Positions 11,971 to 26,918 are shown, counted from the first letter of the stretch. The stretch: DNA of 64,000 bases from Antedon mediterranea (GCF_964355755.1 NC_092677.1:14592101-14656100); one strand, 5' to 3'. Notes: a model not told the origin generated them from the sequence alone. Made by a program: numbers and translations.

Positions 11971-13869
11971 TTAAATCTTACAAATCTTTATAATGTTAAA
12001 TCTTAAATGTTTATCTTACTGTTGTACACAAACAGAATATCCTCCAAGAAAATAACTTGAATTGAATTGAACACACAAAAGATAAATCGGAAGATGAATA
12101 ACATACAAGACGAGTAAAATTGGAATAAGATATTGAAAATTAATATTGCAAGCCAAAAATATATATGATGAATGATAAAGGACAAAAATTAAAACAACCA
12201 TGAATAATTAGCCAAAAAGCTTTAATTTAAATTGGAAAACTAAGAGACCCAGTTAAACGTATGAGTCACGGATGCAAAGCAATTGTATTCGAATAATTAA
12301 GACATTTCGAATGCATGTAGAACAAATGCAATCAAATAGTTAAGCTTTATATATCATCTTAGCTGAGCTAATATATACCCAGTATGTCAACGTTAATCTG
12401 GATCAGGTTGTCGTTGCTAGGCAAATCCTATCCAGCAGCAATCTGACAAGGAAAAAAAAAAAAAACCGTTCACTTACAATTGCTTAAATCGAAAGCAGAA
12501 AACCTATATATGTATTGATAAACACAAAACACTCTTACGTTACTGAAATTTAGTTAACAAATTTTCACACTAAATGCCTGAATATTTGTAGTTATTGCAG
12601 TGTATTTTAAGTGTTTTTCTCACTTTGCAATATTTTATTAAATTTTGTCTTCCGCTGTGTGATGATGTATCGGTTGATTTGTCAAAAAACCATTGAATTT
12701 GTTATTTATGTGGAAGGCTCAAGACATTACCATCACATATATATACTTTTCCTTGATTAGATTTTAGATTTATATCTTTGGGTTGTATAAATGCATGTAG
12801 TTCTTCACGTAAAATGTAATAAATTATAAATAGTGGGTTATAAAAAAGGGCATTTGTCCCGGATAGTGTAACCAAATGAGGAATATTGTAATTTAAAAAG
12901 CATTAAAGATGGTATATATACATCAGGTGTAAAGTTTGTTAACCCTCAGGTGGTACAACAAGGTTTCTTCAGGACCATCAAGACAAAAAATCCACACTAC
13001 AGTAGGCTACCATTGTAAGAGCATTATACTTAGGCCTATGGTAGTGTAGTCAAGAGGTTTATACAAACACCACTTTTTATCTGAAGTACCCTTTTCAAGA
13101 GACTAGCAGCGGAAGTGATAGTAAGGCCTAACCACCATATAGCTATGACAATTTTTATGAAAAAAGCAACCTCTCTTCAAGCTCATCCACAAATAACAAA
13201 ACTGGGCAAATGTAGGTATGATATATAACCTTCAGTATAATAGTTAGTAAAGGCCATCTAATACATTTAAATACCAATAGAAATAATAATAAGTATCTAG
13301 TATACTTTAATTTACTTAACATACATATACAGTAAATAACAGCAAAAGCTGGAATTATTTCCGTACAGATACAGTGATGAAGATAATAGTGAGAATGTAA
13401 ATAATGTGTTTGAATCACATATAAGAGCTATAGCATATATGGTACAATATAATTCCTTTACAATTGTTTGTAGAACGTAATGTTTAACAATCTATCTGCT
13501 ATTTAAACTCCCTAGAGTAATATACAATATTCTCATATTTTGTTCTTTTACAAATCTGTTTTGTTCAGTAGGCTTGTGTATAGCAATCTTCTATTTGAGA
13601 TTCTTTTGTATACACGAGAATTTTGATAAGAAATTCAGAGAATAAAAAGACAATAAGAGCCGAACACTCGAGGGACAAGCTCTTAATAGATTTAGTCAGT
13701 GATTCTAGTTTTGAACGTGAATAATATTATGTATTGCATAAGTTTATCTTCATGAATCTGCCGCTGTTTGCTTCTTGTAATCAGTAACGTGTGCGTTGCT
13801 ATTCACAATACCTAGTGCTTCACATTACAACCAGCCTGTATTTCGTAGCATGTGATGTATAAATTAATA

Positions 13870-14195
13870 TTTCTATTATAGTGCTATTCAAAATATTCTG
13901 TGTAGAAATGTCAGATAAAATGACCCCTTTTCCATAATGAATTAACCCCAAGAGTGCGATTGACTAAAAATGATTTATTTCTATTGTGATCTTAGAAATA
14001 TTTCAATAAATATAAAAATGATTTATAAAAATTAAGCTCATTATTGTGTTTATTACATTCTTTGTCCGATTCTAATAATAGTCTATTAGAAGGCTATCTT
14101 GTGTATCATCGCCATAGAAACTACCCCTTTCCACTAGATTTTAGCCCCAAGGGGTTTGTGACTTGATTAATGCCTATTGTGTTATGCGAGATATA
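13870..14195. repeat. Old tandem duplication, period ~200 bp
   Basis: TTCTA(T/A)TA..., ACCCCTTTTCCA, CCCCAAG and CTATTGTG occur in the same order at ~13870-13990 and ~14070-14185. Confidence 0.6.
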
Positions 14196-17100
14196 ATATA
14201 TAAAATGTCAATGGAATATACAAAAACAATTTAGAAAAATTATGCTGATAATCTTAAAAATCAAATCATTCATTATATTCCTTCTTATCGCATTTAAAAA
14301 TCAATTGTTTGTCAGTTCCAACGTTATTATTGATGATTCTTATCATCAACGAAGTCATTAATGCGATATGTCACAGTATGCTGAGAATTAATTTCAGAGA
14401 TACCTTCTGTTACAAAATTATTTTTTCTCTATTGCATTAGAAATGCGTCTTAAGTCTCCACTGGATCGGACTTATGTATTATCTGAACACTTAGCATTGT
14501 ACAGTTAAGCCTATATTCTACCTTGCAAATTTTTTTTTTGCGAATTTAAAGCGTTACTTTATGCGCGTACATATGATTCATATTTTCATCTTCCAAATCC
14601 CTTTATGTGACGAATCCAGTTCTTTTAGTTTTGTGCTATAGCAAAATTAGTTGTTCATACAGTTTCTCCTTTTGACAAAGTGAAACAATTGCGCAACCAA
14701 ACTCAGGAATTTAACCCCTGTAAATTCAAGTTTTGTAAACGCATCCTCTAAAACATGGCTGCGGTTGTTGTGACAATTTATAGATATTTACCGATTTTAC
14801 AGTCTGTCTTGAATTGATGACATCAGCAAGGGTCATAATTCAAAGTAACATTGATTAATATTGATAATGATACCATCTCAAATGTTACAATCAGGGGTCG
14901 CTCGTTTTAACATCTGTTCAATCGATTTTCTAAGAGATCGCTGAGGGGCCTATATCTACTACTGTTTGTGATTTATTGACATTATACCTTATAAAAACCC
15001 AGACTTTTAGTCCTACTTGAATCATGATAAATGGTACAGCGTATTCGCAAACTCAGCTTAGTCATCAAGACTCTTTTCCGTGATTTATATTTTGTTCGCA
15101 GAAAGTGTTTTATCGGTGTGTTTAAATGATATCAAATTACTTCTTATTGACTGCATAATTATTGTAGTTATTCAGAAGGATGGTAGTTGACACTTGATCA
15201 TAGAATAATTCTCTTTTACATTTACAAATAAATGAAATTATGAACTGAAAAATGAATTAATATTCCAGTCATTAAATCCAAAGTAAGAACCAAAATTCCA
15301 TGAAATGCTTTATGCATAATTCAATAATTAAATATTAAAATAAATATTACTAAATAAAATATTAGTAATTTGATGAAAATCTTCGGTTGGGCCAATTATA
15401 TTATGAATTTTCATCATTCATATATTATGAGAGAATTTGTTTTCTGAATAAATTAGTAAATGTAAGAAATGTCATCTTCCATCATGCTATATAATCTGTT
15501 CTATCTTGCTTGAATAACTGGGTCCGTAACACACATTTCTTTTTAAGTTAATTTAAATATTTATTGTTGCTGATTATTTTTGTTTTTATTTTCCGATTTT
15601 ATTATCACAGCTAGCCAATAATATAGCAACAATCCACAATACCATTAATGATTAAAAGTTTTATTTTAAAGTTTTTTGTTTTGTGTTTGTCTATGTTCTG
15701 TATGCACATACATATGTACAATTATGTAACTAAGTGGATAAGGATCCTCAATGATATGAGTATCACTAATGAAATTAAATTGATAATTTAATTGAAATTG
15801 TTGACACCCCTTGGCTAACTGTAAATCTGCCTAAAAATATATTGAATTAAATAAATACATATGCTAGTGTACCTTGGCAACTTGTTTTTTTCTAGTAATT
15901 TCCATTTATACATATCAATGCAAGATAATAGGATTCGCTCTAGAAATAGCAGTCACACGTTACTATAATCACCATGAGGAATTAGGAAGTGAAATTATCA
16001 GTGAACCACAGATCGGCTGGCGAAAAAATGTTTGACGTAAGCGCCACAGTCATCAGCCGTGGCAGCTGTAAAGAGTATGAAGATCGGTTTGTGTTTAATA
16101 TCGCAATATGTTTTATTACCTGGTTTTCCAGTAATACGACATACACTAGCTACCAATAAGAATTATCATATGTTTAAAGATTAAACACAATGGCTATAGT
16201 GCATAGAGAATCTGCAGTCACCAGTATGCATTTTAAATTACACAGGTAATTATAATAATCTCAAGGCCACCTTTTTTATGTTCATTAATGCTATACTATG
16301 CTATTTATTATAATTAATCTGTATATTAGATTATATTTGCTACAAGTCAATAGTATAATTATTAAAATACATTATTATTAAATAGTAGTATCACTTATTT
16401 TTGTATTAATCTAAATGACACATGGGATATGTTATGTGGTGTTGTGGGATACTGTAGGGTTGCCATGGGATTCTATAGGATGTGGTGGGTTGTAGCCGAG
16501 GATGAAATCTCAATTGAAATACACAGTAAAAAGCAAAAAGCTATCAAAATTGTAGAAATACCGAGCTTTCTGAAAACCATTTTATTTGTCAGAGCTTATG
16601 TTTATTTTAAATATTTCACATTTCTTTTCTTTATTTGTTTTATTGGTTCTTGACCTAAACAAAGTTCTGCCTAGTACTGTTGTGATAAACTATACAGTAG
16701 TAGATAATAATTAATATTTAAACAGTAAAGATGAGGATAAACTGTCAGAATAAAAACTGCCAAATCTCATTTGTAAAAGATTATTTAATTAAACTGTTTA
16801 TAAATAGGCCTATATTAAATTCAGTTTGATTTTTTATAAAGCAATAGACAAAATCAGAAAATACAACCTCACATAAAATCACAAACAGTAGATTTGATAT
16901 TTACATATATTAGTGACCTTATTTTGCTTGCATTACATTTTTATTTTTTTAACGCTTATGTAATTTATATTCACTTTTTGTGATGATTGATGGAAATGGA
17001 ACATAATGTGAATAAATAGATCCATCATTAAATTGAATCATTTTATAGCTTCATATAATTTTCATCGGTTTAATCTGGTCATAGATTAATCAGAGCCTAA

Positions 17101-17514
17101 TGAGTTTGAATTATCACTCATTTTTTAAACCGTTGCCGTTTTAATAAACTTAGATGAATTTTCTATCGGTTAATCCTTTCAAAGATGCTCCGAAATATAA
17201 CCGGGATTGATTCGCGTCTCAGACAAAGCGAGACGTATGAATAGCACCGACGATGCTTGATGTACTCTGACAGCGCCGGTTATAGCTGAGATCTAGCAAA
17301 TAAATCGACCTTAGGGTATAAGTTAGAGAACACTTTGGATTGCAAACTTTGAACTATATTCAAGTCAACCTCATAACCTCTATACTACTTTAAAAAAAAT
17401 AAATTACACATTTATCAAAAATAATGTTTGACTTAACTAAAATTATGAGCAAAATAGTCTCTTTTTATAGTCTTTTTTTATATTTTTTAATGCGGTAACA
17501 CAGTATTTGTTCCT

Positions 17515-17620
17515 AGCTTACTTGGATAAACCAATAATAGCCTTTGTCTCCCAAGTGGGAGATACTATATGACATTTTTAGTTGAATATGCCTATCAGAT
17601 AGTTAAAAAGTCCACCAAAT
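17515..17620 (-). repeat. Family X copy
   Basis: AGCTTACTTGGATAAAC...AATAGCC, palindrome TCTCCCA-AG-TGGGAGA, then a degenerate TTGAATATGCCT...AGTCCACCAAA block. Confidence 0.65.
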
Positions 17621-18922
17621 GCACAATTATTCTAAGTTCTGTTTTTTATATTTTATTTTGATTATGAGATCACATGAATCAGGATTAACTTTTTGCAAGG
17701 TCAGATTTCAGCTTTGCGAGTTCATGATCATTTCTCTGCTCATTTGGTCAAATTGTCTCTTTTCACAGGTTCTTCACCCAGTTATTAACTTTGCGTTATG
17801 ATAATGACATGTGAAAGTGGAGCTCGTTTAATTTTCATCAAGCCCTCCTGTATCACTGAGTCTCGATGCCCGTATGGCTTCTGGCGTTTCCTGATCGTGT
17901 TAATGAAAGGGATAGCTTGGCGCCTACACGGTTATTCTAACGTGATTAAGACGGATATCTCGTCATTCTTATGTCTAAAAATCTGCATATTGTTGGTTGT
18001 TTTATCTACATTGGTCATTTATGTTGTTGTAAAGAGGTCTTATATTTCATAGTCGAAGGTTTTTATCTATGTGTGATAATGCATCATTCTTTTTATTTGA
18101 TTTTAACAAAATTACGATGTGCATTCTCAGTGGTTCAGGATGTTCTATCTCTTTCTCATATTTTTTGGCATTTTATAAACTTTATTTTAAATTCAATTCT
18201 GCTTGTCTCTGTTACATCAACTTATAAAGATGTATTGTACCTAAAACATGAGAAATGAAGTCAAAGAAAACCAATAGTTCTTTTTTGAATATTTCAAAAT
18301 AAAAAATACTGTACTTTCCTAATGTGGTAATCACCCTACATTTCCCAATCATCATAATAGGTTTCTGGTGTTGGTACTGATAATTGATGATTCATAGCTG
18401 TAAAGGCCTAATGGAATTATTCAGATCCATACTGCTAGTTTACAATGTAATAACAATACGACAATTATTCCATTGTGTTATTCTATTGTGATTACATATC
18501 CAACAATACAGAAATATTATTGTATAATCCTAATAAAGAATATTATCCATTTATGAATATTTGATAAATTACAGAGATACTAGAAATGGTAAAACTGATA
18601 TTGATTTAGAAAATTCTAGGATTTTTTTTTTATTAAACTCGGTACAGATGCTTTTTTATAAGTCGTTATCTATTTTTCATAATTTATTTAGAAATTATGC
18701 TAAATTAGTTTATAAACTATAATAAATATATTATGATAACAAATAAATTATAGATGAATTATATACATGCAGGTATAGCAAATTGTACATATTTAATCTT
18801 CAGTTTAAATCTTTTCTTTCTTAAATTTAATTGCATATGATATTTATAATAATTCTTCTATAGTAAAAATGTTTTGATTTAAATTAGAATTACAATTATT
18901 AAGAGGTTGTTAGACTTTTCAG

Positions 18923-19194
18923 TACCGTATATCCTCTGGTATAATCCCACCCCCTTAGAACACGAAATCACAACAACTTTAGGTGGTGGGACTATACCCA
19001 GGGAAACCATTGTTCAGGAAAAATTGATTGGTAAGTATTTCTTGTAAAAACTCATCTGAACTGGCTAGAGAGAGGCATCCAGACCGAAAGTCAATACTGG
19101 GTCTATACCTGAGGATATGCCTGTTTGTGAAATCAGACATAATGTAGGGGTGGGATTAGACCCAAAGTGGGATTATATCTGAGGATATACTGTA
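18923..19194. mobile_element. Tc1/mariner-pogo-like MITE with TA TSD
   Basis: TA|CCGTATATCCTCTGGTATAATCCCAC ... GTGGGATTATATCTGAGGATATACTG|TA, 23/26 TIR match, with internal repeats of the GTGGGA(T/C)TATA motif. Confidence 0.8.
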
Positions 19195-22100
19195 CAGTAG
19201 TTGAGTTATATTACTCAAGTATAGGCTGGAATAATGTAGTCTACAAGGATGTATTATAAACAGCTCAGCTTCGCTTCTGTGTATTTGCAGTTGGTCACTG
19301 TTTGCACAATGAAATAAAATACTGCATTTGAAGATTTAGCATAAACTAACCTATTAAGTTGCAGCCATTCAATTGACTTTTGACCAGTACTACTTCTGAT
19401 GGTCATCTTAACTGACTAGCACATTAAACATTAAAATGTGAATATATATTTATTAAAATTGAAATCTATAATGAAAAATTCATTGCTGCTTAAAAGGTAA
19501 TCTTCAATTAATAATTAATAGGAAGATTAATATCATTGTAAAATCTTCTATGGAATATGTCTTCCCCCCCCCCCTCCTCCTACTCTCCATAGTATCTGTG
19601 CCAATGTGTGACAACAAAAAAATGAATGGATTTTTAATATCCACTATGCCTACAGTATGGATGTCAATAAACCTTTTTATATCCCATCTGTGAATAAATA
19701 TAATCCAAATGTAAAGTATATAAATGTCTGATTTATTACATTTTTTTTGGCATACAACATACCATATATAAATAAAATTAATATGGAAGAAGATAATAAA
19801 TTTTGATCTCTATGGATTTGACCCTATGACATCTGACATCCAGGCTGACTGACAAAACATAAATTTATAATCTATCATATGCAGTGTAGGAAAATCTATA
19901 TAATAATATATAACATAGCTTGGATATTCTTTCTGCATGGAGAAATAAAAATATATAACATTATAATCTCAATTATAACCCAACCCCCAAATTTAGGTTA
20001 AATTTAAAAGTTAGTCAATTCTATTGCAAAATATACCCAAAATAATAAAAACATTTAGTATAGATTCTAAACCATTTGTAGTGATGGCAACAGTTCAACA
20101 TTATTCTGCATTGAAAAAATAATTAAAATCTTTTTTTAAACCTTATTTAAAGAGGGTAACCCTAAACAGCATATGCTGACAATCAAGGGGCCTGAAATAT
20201 TTTGAATGAATAATTAGAAATTGCATAATTTTTCTTGTTTTTTTTTCATACAAAAATAGACTAGAGCTAACTATTCTATGCCAAGATTGTTTGATTTTAA
20301 TGATATTAGACAGAGTTAAAAAAATTGCAGACATAACAGAACTTTCTGTATTAGCTTTGTAACACTTTTATTAACAGTGATACAATAGGCTTGAATGGTT
20401 ATTTTTTTATTCAAAATGTTTGTTTCTATGACAAATTGTATGACAACCTTAGCATGATTACTGGTGATATTTAGTTTCATTAATTGCAGCATTTAATTTG
20501 TAATAACATACTACTACAGGCTGGACTAATATGTTTGTTTTTAATCTAATATTCCATTTCAAAGTAATAAATGTATGCAATAACTGATATAAAAATTGAT
20601 CTGCATTTCTTTCATTGTATATATCATAAAAAAGGTAATATATATATTTTATATTAAATTGTGGCCATTTTATATTTACGGCAAAATAAAAATTCAATTT
20701 CCAGGGAACAAAAAGGGGAAAAAAATGTCATGGCGCTTTAAAATTTGATGAGGGAAAAGACGTGAATTTGCTAAAATTAACGTCTTTCACGTCTTTCATT
20801 TTCACGTGAAACAACATTCTTCTTATAGCCTTATAAATATAGGTTTGCTAAAATTAAACAGAATAAATGTATGATTATATATTTCCAATTAAACAAATAT
20901 TAAACATATTTTTCTATCAAGAATAATACCATTACCAATGATATATTACCAGGTGTAAGTTATGTTATTATATAGCATTAGCAGTTGAAAGTAGTAAACA
21001 GACACTTCCAAGATGCAAAACTATACTGGCCCATATTGGCAGAAAGATTTATGAGTAGTTTCACCAAAATCAAGAGAAGAAAAAAAAACATGAGCCAGAC
21101 ATCTGTAGTGCTATTTTGTTGTTCAGTTGCTATTTTTACATCATATTATTAAATATGCTTTATCGCTTGCAAGGCGCTTTAGTAGGATTTTGATACATAA
21201 AGAATTTAGCATTCTCTCTATTAATTCTTAATCTTCATTCATAATCTAATACTTCGTTCATAAATGTCTTAAAGTGTCTGAAATCCTTTGAATTAGAATG
21301 ACAGACTTAAGTTGGTTTGGCATATTTGCTTTTATTAACAGTTTTATAGTTTTAATCAACTTTACAATTGCATTTGAAAATAAACATACTGTGTACATTA
21401 TTATGATAAATCATCACATTATGTTACGTGATAAACAGAATAATTTTTGAGCATTAAAATGAATAAACATTGATTATTATATAAAATTGTATTATTTTAT
21501 ATTTGTCATAAACTTATTTTGTAGTCTAAAACATTAGTGTACAATTAAGAAACAGTTCTGAACCTAAACTGATCTTGTTAGGTGCACTACACACTATCTG
21601 TTAAGATTTTTAAATTAATAGTGAAAAAAAAAATGGAAAAACATCAAATCAGTACAAATTGTTGGAAAAAAATGTTAATTTTATTGACTACAATATGCAG
21701 TCACACATTTTAGCCTTGGAATTAAGAAGTTCGTTTTAAAATTTATATTTTGATCGTATGTATTAGAAAAATAAATAATTCAGTAATGTATTATTGCATA
21801 CCCTGTTTTAATCAATGTATGAATGATAATATTCATACATAACAAAATATATTTATTACATAAATAATCATCCGATCAATGGTTTATAGTTTTCGCTAAG
21901 TCATATTCGTAAGATAAGACTTAGGAGATCTATTTTACAGTAATACTGTATTTCCATAATGCACTAAATTTCCATTTTGAAAAAAAAAAACCTAAATAAA
22001 AACTAAACCTCCATTCATTTATTGATCCCATATCATGATTAAAAAACAGCTCAAATTTTACTCTGTCGTCAGGGCGATATGCAAATGATTTGAACATGTG

Positions 22101-25100
22101 ATTAGTGTAGACAAGTAGCCCGGGTTTGACGATGTTAATGATGTATGCAATACTATAGGTAATAGTAATGGGTTATGCCTAATTGTTCATAACACAATCG
22201 AATATTTGCAATTTTGCAGCAATAAAAAAGAGTTTTATTGATCCAATTCTGTAAATAGCCTTTTGAAAACGGGTATAAAATATTTATTTTGACTTTTATA
22301 GTGTTGTATACAGGTGCGTTTTGATAATATATTGTGTTTCTTTATTTAAAAAAAATAAGAATTTTTATTTTATGTACATTTTTGTTTTGTTTTGTTTTTT
22401 TACACTGATGTTTCTTATCTTTACTTTGTTAAATGTTCGATGTTGAATGGTACGTTATAGTTTTCCCCTGTTATAATAATATAATATATTTGTATATATT
22501 ATTTTAATAAAAATTATGATGACTTAATGATAGTTTCAATAGTGATAATTGATTATCATCATCATCTTCCTTTACTCTGCCACATGTAGTTGATGTTCTT
22601 ATATTTTGTGTTTCACCTCTTTCATAATTTACCTACTAAAAATTTAAATGGGTACTATTTAAGTTTAGATTTTTAAATTTAATATTGAAAAAACAAATGT
22701 CTAATAGTAATAGTACATGCTACAGTGTGTTAGTTATAATGAGTAACATTAAGAGCTAGAGTACATGCAGTCTTTAGCGCAAAATGTTCTTGCAGTGTCA
22801 TTAATAGCATTCTAAGTGTTTATAGTACCAGTAAATACATTGAGCTTGCCTAATTAAATCAATTTGCTTGCCACCATGATTATCAAATAAATTAGCACAT
22901 TTGAGAAATAAAGACAGAAAGGTGATACAAGATTGTGTGTTTGAATAATCCCGAGTAGTCGATTACAGATCAAGTTGGGATTAGTGAAGATTACTTAAAT
23001 CCTACCAATAGGCCTAGGGAGACACTACTTAAGCCGTGGGTTAACCATGTGATCATGTTGTCTTTTCTTATTAAAGTTGCATAGAAATTAATTATTTTGA
23101 TAGTAATAATAGCTATTGAAAACAAAATTTACATATAACTGTATGCAAGTGATCATTCATCAGAGGAAATGCAATTTGCATACAACATATATAAAATTGT
23201 ATTACATAAGCATGAAAAGTAAAATTCTTTCTGCAAAGTACATTTTATTTATTTAAAAATAATATCATTCTTTTCTTGCTTATATTGCAGACCATTCTGA
23301 AACAAGCTTTCAAACTTAAAGGGATCACATCCAATTGTAACTTTGTTTTTCCTGAACTTTGATGTACACATTGTTTGATCTTGTTTGCTTTGTTTATATA
23401 AATGGATAACAATAAACATTACAATAAAAACAAAACATTTTTTTCATCTTAATTTTTAATAGGGGCCTATACTTTTAAGATTACTAAATTTAACAACCTG
23501 CCACACGTTTGCACGTTTTTAGGAGAAAAAAAACATTAAACGAAGACAATGAAATATATTTCAACAACGACATTACTTTTCACGATTTTCAATTCAAACT
23601 TAAAATGTCATTAAATTCATACAAGCATGCAAATAAGATAAAAAGATGATAGCTTGATTTCTAGCGACAAACTTGGTCTACATTTCATCAATCATACAAT
23701 TTTAAATTGACACATTTATTGTTCGTCTTGTTTTACTAATATCCTTCCTTGTTTTTCTATTTTTTGATACTAAGAATCCTTTGTTCTGTGTCATTATACC
23801 GTATCTACTTAGACATTCCCATGCTGCAAAGTGTGGGAATCCATCAGATATTAGGTGTTATTCAAGTGAAATTCAGTAGCTAATGTCCAACTTGCCGTTG
23901 CTAATTAGGGTATCATATTTTACCTGGAACAGTATTAATTTTTCATTTTTATAACCTTTGTCGATTTGTCATAATCACAAAGCGTGTCTCTGCTTTGCCT
24001 TGACATAAATATTACCCAAACGATAAAACAATGTTTCCTATTTAATAATATTACAGTAATGATAAGTTAAGTAAACTACACCCGGGAAGTGGTTGGCATC
24101 AATTATTTCTTCAAGGGTCCTGATTAGTGTACAGAAATAGTGTACATATATCCTATGTGTTTAAACATGTGCAAATAAATGCTACCACTGTTATAACTAG
24201 TTTAATATCTTTCTTAAAACCAGGTTCGTTAAGACCCTGGCAAAACTTGTTTGATTGTTAAATCTTAAAAATACTTTCAATAAACAATAGCGTACCTTCT
24301 ATTGTAGACTTTTGACTGTAGCCAATAAACATGTGTACGCTTGTTAATACAAAATGTAGATTAATAGGTTGTTGTTTGGCAGGAGGTCAACACCTGAGGG
24401 CCTGGGACGAGAAATAGTTTGATTTTGAACACAATTACCCCTAGCAACTGCCCTGTTTTTCTCAAGGAAGAAATTTACATTGCATGCACTCATACAAACT
24501 ATAAGGAACATCTTTGCAATGTAGGAAACATGAAAAACCCTTAAAGACATCCTACGAATCTTAAAATAAAGTCCATGGTAATTGCTAATGCTAATACATG
24601 ATAACCTTTGCTCATTTAAAAAACATCTCGGTCAGTTGACTGCTTAACCTTGTTTACTTCAACTTTTTCTCTCATTCTGAGTAACATTCAATTGTCTGCT
24701 GTCGCTTGTAGATTCTTGGCTCATCAGTATATTGTCTTAAAAGAGGTCGTACAACAACATGTATTTTAAAACAACTTAAATGCGTAATTTTAACAAAGAA
24801 GTTGTCTTAATTCTTTGCATTAACCTCATTTGAGTTTGTCATGGAATTCCATTTTCATCGTCAGCTCATCAATCAAAATAAGGGATGAGTAGAAAAATTT
24901 AATCTAATCTTCTTTTTTTCTATTGATTGTCAAATTGTTGTCTTGCTACAGTCAGATATTCAAGAGGTTTTCCTTTATACTTTCATCTCTTGTCTTATTG
25001 TGTTGAATCCACAGCCTAATAAAGTGTCCCCTTAATATGGTGTTCCCTGCATAGGGTTGGCTGTGTAGAGTTAAAACATACTTTATACCTTCATTTGTAT

Positions 25101-25140
25101 CACAGAAAATTGTCCCTTTCATAGGAGTACGTGTCTCCTG

Positions 25141-25440
25141 AATAGAGGTTTTCCTCTCAATAGAGGTTGTCCCCTCAATAGAGGTTGTCCTCTCAGTAGA
25201 GATTGTCCCCTCAAAAGGGGTTGTCCTCTCAAAAGAAGTTTTCCTTTCGATAGAGGTTGTCCTCTCAATAGAGGTTGTCCTCTCAATAGAGGTTGTCTTC
25301 TCAAAAGAAGTTTTCCTTTCGATAGAGGTTGTCCTCTCAATAGAGGTTGTCCTCTCAATAGAGGTTGTCTTCTCAATAGAGGTTGTCCTCTTGATATAGG
25401 TTGTCCCCTCAATAGAGGTTGTCCTCTCAATAGAGATGTC
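25141..25440. repeat. 18-bp minisatellite, 16 full units plus a partial
   Basis: Consensus AATAGAGGTTGTCCTCTC, head-to-tail with no spacers. Confidence 0.97.
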
Positions 25441-26900
25441 TAAAAAATCTACTCTATTTATATTTATTTGTTAAAGCCATTGTCTCTTAATTACTGAGGA
25501 GATGTTTACTTTTACATTATTGTTTAACTTTTGCATATTTATTTTGTATCTCCATTGACAACTTGGTTAGGCCTACTACTGTAATTTTACTTTGGATGTT
25601 TTAAAGTTAGTTTTAAAGATAATGAACTATGTTAAAAATTGGAGTAGAGGTTTCTTCACAATAGAATACAATAGTCTAGTATGATTCATGTTAAAATAAT
25701 GATAATTGATAACAATGAGGTGTCATATCACTAATGAGCCTATCATTGATAACAATTATCACAAGTCGTCTAACATGAAATTAATCATATATATCGTTAT
25801 CATCATCTACACACTAATTACTTCCGTTAGTTGTTTTATGTAGATATTGAAGAGCTGATACTTTTATTTCAAATTATAGGGAAGTTCATATAGGTTTTTA
25901 AAGAAATGTCCAAAATACAAATTTTGATTTTGTAGACCTACAGTTTATCATATACCTGGATAAAGCAAGATGTATTGACATTTTTAAACAGAATACATTT
26001 GTCGACTTATTAAAAAGGTTTTACTGTTCAACAAGTAAAATTGAATTTGTAACTTTGTCACTCATCAAATTAGATTTGAACATTTTAAACGCAACTCATA
26101 AAAACAGGTTAATTTATTGATGCATATTTGATCAACAGTAAGCATCTTTCATATCACTTTAATCTATAAACAAATTTCTCATCTCATGTAGCAAGTTAGA
26201 ATAGATTGAGTGAATTCCATCAGTTAACTTGTTCACACCTAACCTAAAACATTAAGGCTTATTAGGTCACCTTTAACAAACACCGAACATATTAACCCTA
26301 GCCTAGAAAAACATTGAAGCAGCCCTGGGTTAGCAGTCTAGCGTGGCTCCAGACTGACTTCACCAACCTGGAATGTCAACATCTCGGTATTTGATCAACC
26401 GAGTTAATGAACTTGGGCTGAGCAAACACAGTCTTTCATAATACAATATAAAAGCCCCTTAAAGTGTTGGCATGGCACATAATAACTGGTTCAGTTAATG
26501 GATGTATTTGTCTCTCACTTTATTTAATTTTTTCCTTAATATTCAGCAAGAACATTGGAATAGTTTCCAATTCTAAAATTCAGCCTGTAGCCAAGATTGT
26601 TAGATGGGTTCTTTTTTCCATAAAAGGGGCATTTACGTACCATTGGCAAAAAGTCCTCTGAGCTAGGCTGGTTTAGAGCACTTCAGCAAAAACTTTGATA
26701 AGCTTCAATATTCTAGATCTTCTCCTATATCATACCATACAATAATAATACAAGTTGTTACGGTTTATTGCCTGTTTTGAAATACCTATTTAACACCCTC
26801 ATATGTCATCATAAGATTATAAATTATTTTTATAAACAGTGTTATAATGTAATTATGAATACCCATAGTAACTCAATTGACCAAATTGAAAGAAATTGCT

Positions 26901-26918
26901 GGGGGGGGGGGGGGGGGG
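26901..26918 (+). repeat. G18 homopolymer
   Basis: 18 consecutive G in an AT-rich background. Confidence 0.95.

Noticed and set aside
25119-25430. ORF with repeated RGQPLL peptide
   Set aside because: It is only the translation of the 18-bp minisatellite; no ATG start or splice context.
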